Below are positions 61,993 through 64,000 of a DNA stretch of 64,000 nucleotides, piece by piece. This DNA is from Lingula anatina. Taxonomy: Eukaryota > Animalia > Brachiopoda. Location: NCBI GenBank assembly GCA_051362555.1, contig CM120640.1, positions 15,562,001-15,626,000 on the forward strand, written 5' to 3'. The notes beneath the pieces were generated by a model. That model saw nothing but the letters and a program-made list of their open reading frames with translations, searched no databases and was not told the DNA's origin. Position 1 is the stretch's first letter. Each line of letters begins with the position of its first letter. Position numbers and translations under genes: made by a program.

Positions 61993-63930
61993 ATGACGTC
62001 TCGTGCCTGTTGGTCGATCTATCTGACAATTGTAATGTCTATAGGATCCAAAGTCATAGGTAAAAAAGTCAATTCTAGAAGTAAATAAAAATAATAATAT
62101 GAATTTTGTAACATATAAGATCATAAGAAATATTGAACTGGAATTTGAGCGCCCGATATAAAGCAAGTTAAATTGAAGTATTAAAAAAGGTGTAAGTACT
62201 GTCTACAATAATATAAATTTGTCGAACGTTTGACGGTGAATTTGGCGATAGGCCCTTATATCTTGACTTATGAAACAATGAAAAGGAGTTGCGTATGTGC
62301 TTTTCAAATTTGATATATTGCTTTAACAAAAATAATGTATATGGCGCGGTTCCTTCATTTACGTTCACATGATAAAAAGACGATGTCTTGAAATGAAAAT
62401 AGCATGTGTCATATCATCTAAATTAATATTTTGGCATATAAAAATACACATTGAGGATAACACTCTATGGGATCTCTTTGAGAATATTTGTACCCATAAC
62501 TTAATTTGGCATATCAGAGTGGTTTATGTTAAAACTCTAATCTTACAACTACTTTGTTAACTATAAGCATTCAAAATTTGCAGGGCTCAGTGTTTTCGTC
62601 AGTACAGGGAGCTAATTAAGGGAACGGACTTATCAATATATTTATTATTTGTCTTGCAGCTTCTTTTAGCAATGAAGGAACTGATTTTTATGTAGGATTT
62701 ATGGACAATGATTATGGTGATGGTCGTGATATGTACCTGTACATGACGACTGGGTCTAACACACCGGCAGAAGTCACCGTCACAGCTCCGAAACAAGATA
62801 CCAATTTTCGTAAAACAGCACAGGTAGCAAGGGGACAGAGTGTGAGAGTCTCCATACCAGCGAACTTCAAAGCCACAGGCAGTCAGGTGGAAAACAAGGG
62901 TATTCACGTCATGTCTACCCAACCCATTTCACTGTATGGTCTGAATCAGGAGCAGGGGTCTGGAGATGCGTTCACTGCCATACCTGTGACTGGCCTTGGT
63001 TCAAGATATTCCGCCATTACATGGTCAAACCAAGGACAAATTCTTGTGGTTTCCACTCAAGACCGTACCGAAGTTACAATTAAGTTGCCAGGCAGAGCCA
63101 ATAGCGCCGTTACCTTCAACGGTGTAACGCACACTGGTTATGCCGTGTTCACAGTGACCATGTCAAGGTACCAAACCCTTCACCTCCAAAGCGATGATCT
63201 CACCGCCTCTCAGATTGAGGCTAACAGCGCTATTGCTGTGTTCTCTGGAAGCAAAAAGGTACAGATTGAAGGCACTATGACGTCCGATCATCTGGTTCAA
63301 CAGTTGACTCCATATGATGCTTGGGGCAAAGAGTTCCTAATTTCTGCTCCACCTAATTCACTGAAGTATAAAATGAAGATTGTGTCCCAAGACAGACATC
63401 CAAATATAGGTATGGTATACATTTCTGATGAGGGCTTTAGGGGTACATTTGTGACCGAATTTTACACCCCTGTCAGAGACTACACCAGTGCTATTCTCAG
63501 ACGCGTTTGGTCCGACTCTCCAATTCAAGTCGCCTTGTTTACACAATCCATGGATTCCTCAACAAATTTGATAGATGCCTCCATGATCATAGTTCCACCC
63601 GTCTACCAGTACAGATCTAGGTATACCTTCACCACATTGGGACAAACAGCTGCAGAGATGTTTAGTCACATGACAATCTATGTTGCCAATGATACAATAA
63701 ATGCCGGCACACTGAGGATGGATGGCCAACCCTTGACTATGTCTTTTACTAGAGTAGCGTCAACTAATTATTATGTGGGTTCGATGCCAGTATCACCTGG
63801 AGCTCATGAAATCTACAGCACTAATCCCTTGGCAAACTTTTACAGTCTCATAAGTGGATTCCATGCTAGTTCAAATGGTAACTACTATGTTACTTATCCT
63901 GCAGGGATGAACGTAGCCAAAAATACATTG
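61993..63930 (+). CDS. Second IgGFc-binding-domain gene copy (partial): exons 61993-62059 and 62660-63930, continues beyond the window
   Basis: MTSRACWSIYLTIVMSIGSKVIA signal exon and a large exon about 90% identical in protein to copy A, with the same splice sites. Confidence 0.88.
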
Positions 63931-64000
63931 GTGAGTTGGTTACTTCTTTCGGGTTGAAAAGTTTTTTTTTTTTCAGATTCGGGTAATACAATACATGCAC

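Larger units (their letters stand above)
57178..64000 (+). repeat. Tandem segmental duplication, block B (runs off the right edge)
   Basis: Colinear with block A 44515-50817 apart from copy-specific insertions. Confidence 0.9.

Overview
AT-rich, intron-containing animal genomic DNA; gene and repeat content suggests a lophotrochozoan, probably a mollusc (inference). From GT-AG/AT-AC junctions and phase matching I reconstructed: NDUFS5 (minus, 3' end outside the window) head-to-head with a divergent cystinosin-like gene (plus); a complete Cdc14 phosphatase gene (plus) tail-to-tail with PIGB (minus, with a U12 AT-AC intron); two tandem copies of an IgGFc-binding-domain gene (copy A continues into TSP1, EB-like modules, a TM segment and a Tyr-motif tail; copy B runs off the window); and a decayed F-box gene between them. 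Introns and spacers hold many non-autonomous DNA transposons, several with exact target-site duplications or an empty site in the paralogous block. The most interesting signal is the Cdc14 locus. It appears to carry two homologous first exons, a mutually exclusive duplicated exon inside the phosphatase core, and three alternative C-termini: a tail-anchor cassette plus a last exon read in two frames, giving CDC14A-like or CDC14B-like ends. Other highlights are a cystinosin-like protein with Asn at the D346 proton-coupling position and no lysosomal tail motif, a TIR element carrying a RecQ helicase relic (AcademH-like), and clustered amino-acid divergence between the two IgGFc-binding copies. 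All splicing calls are predictions without transcript data, and comparisons to human proteins are from memory.
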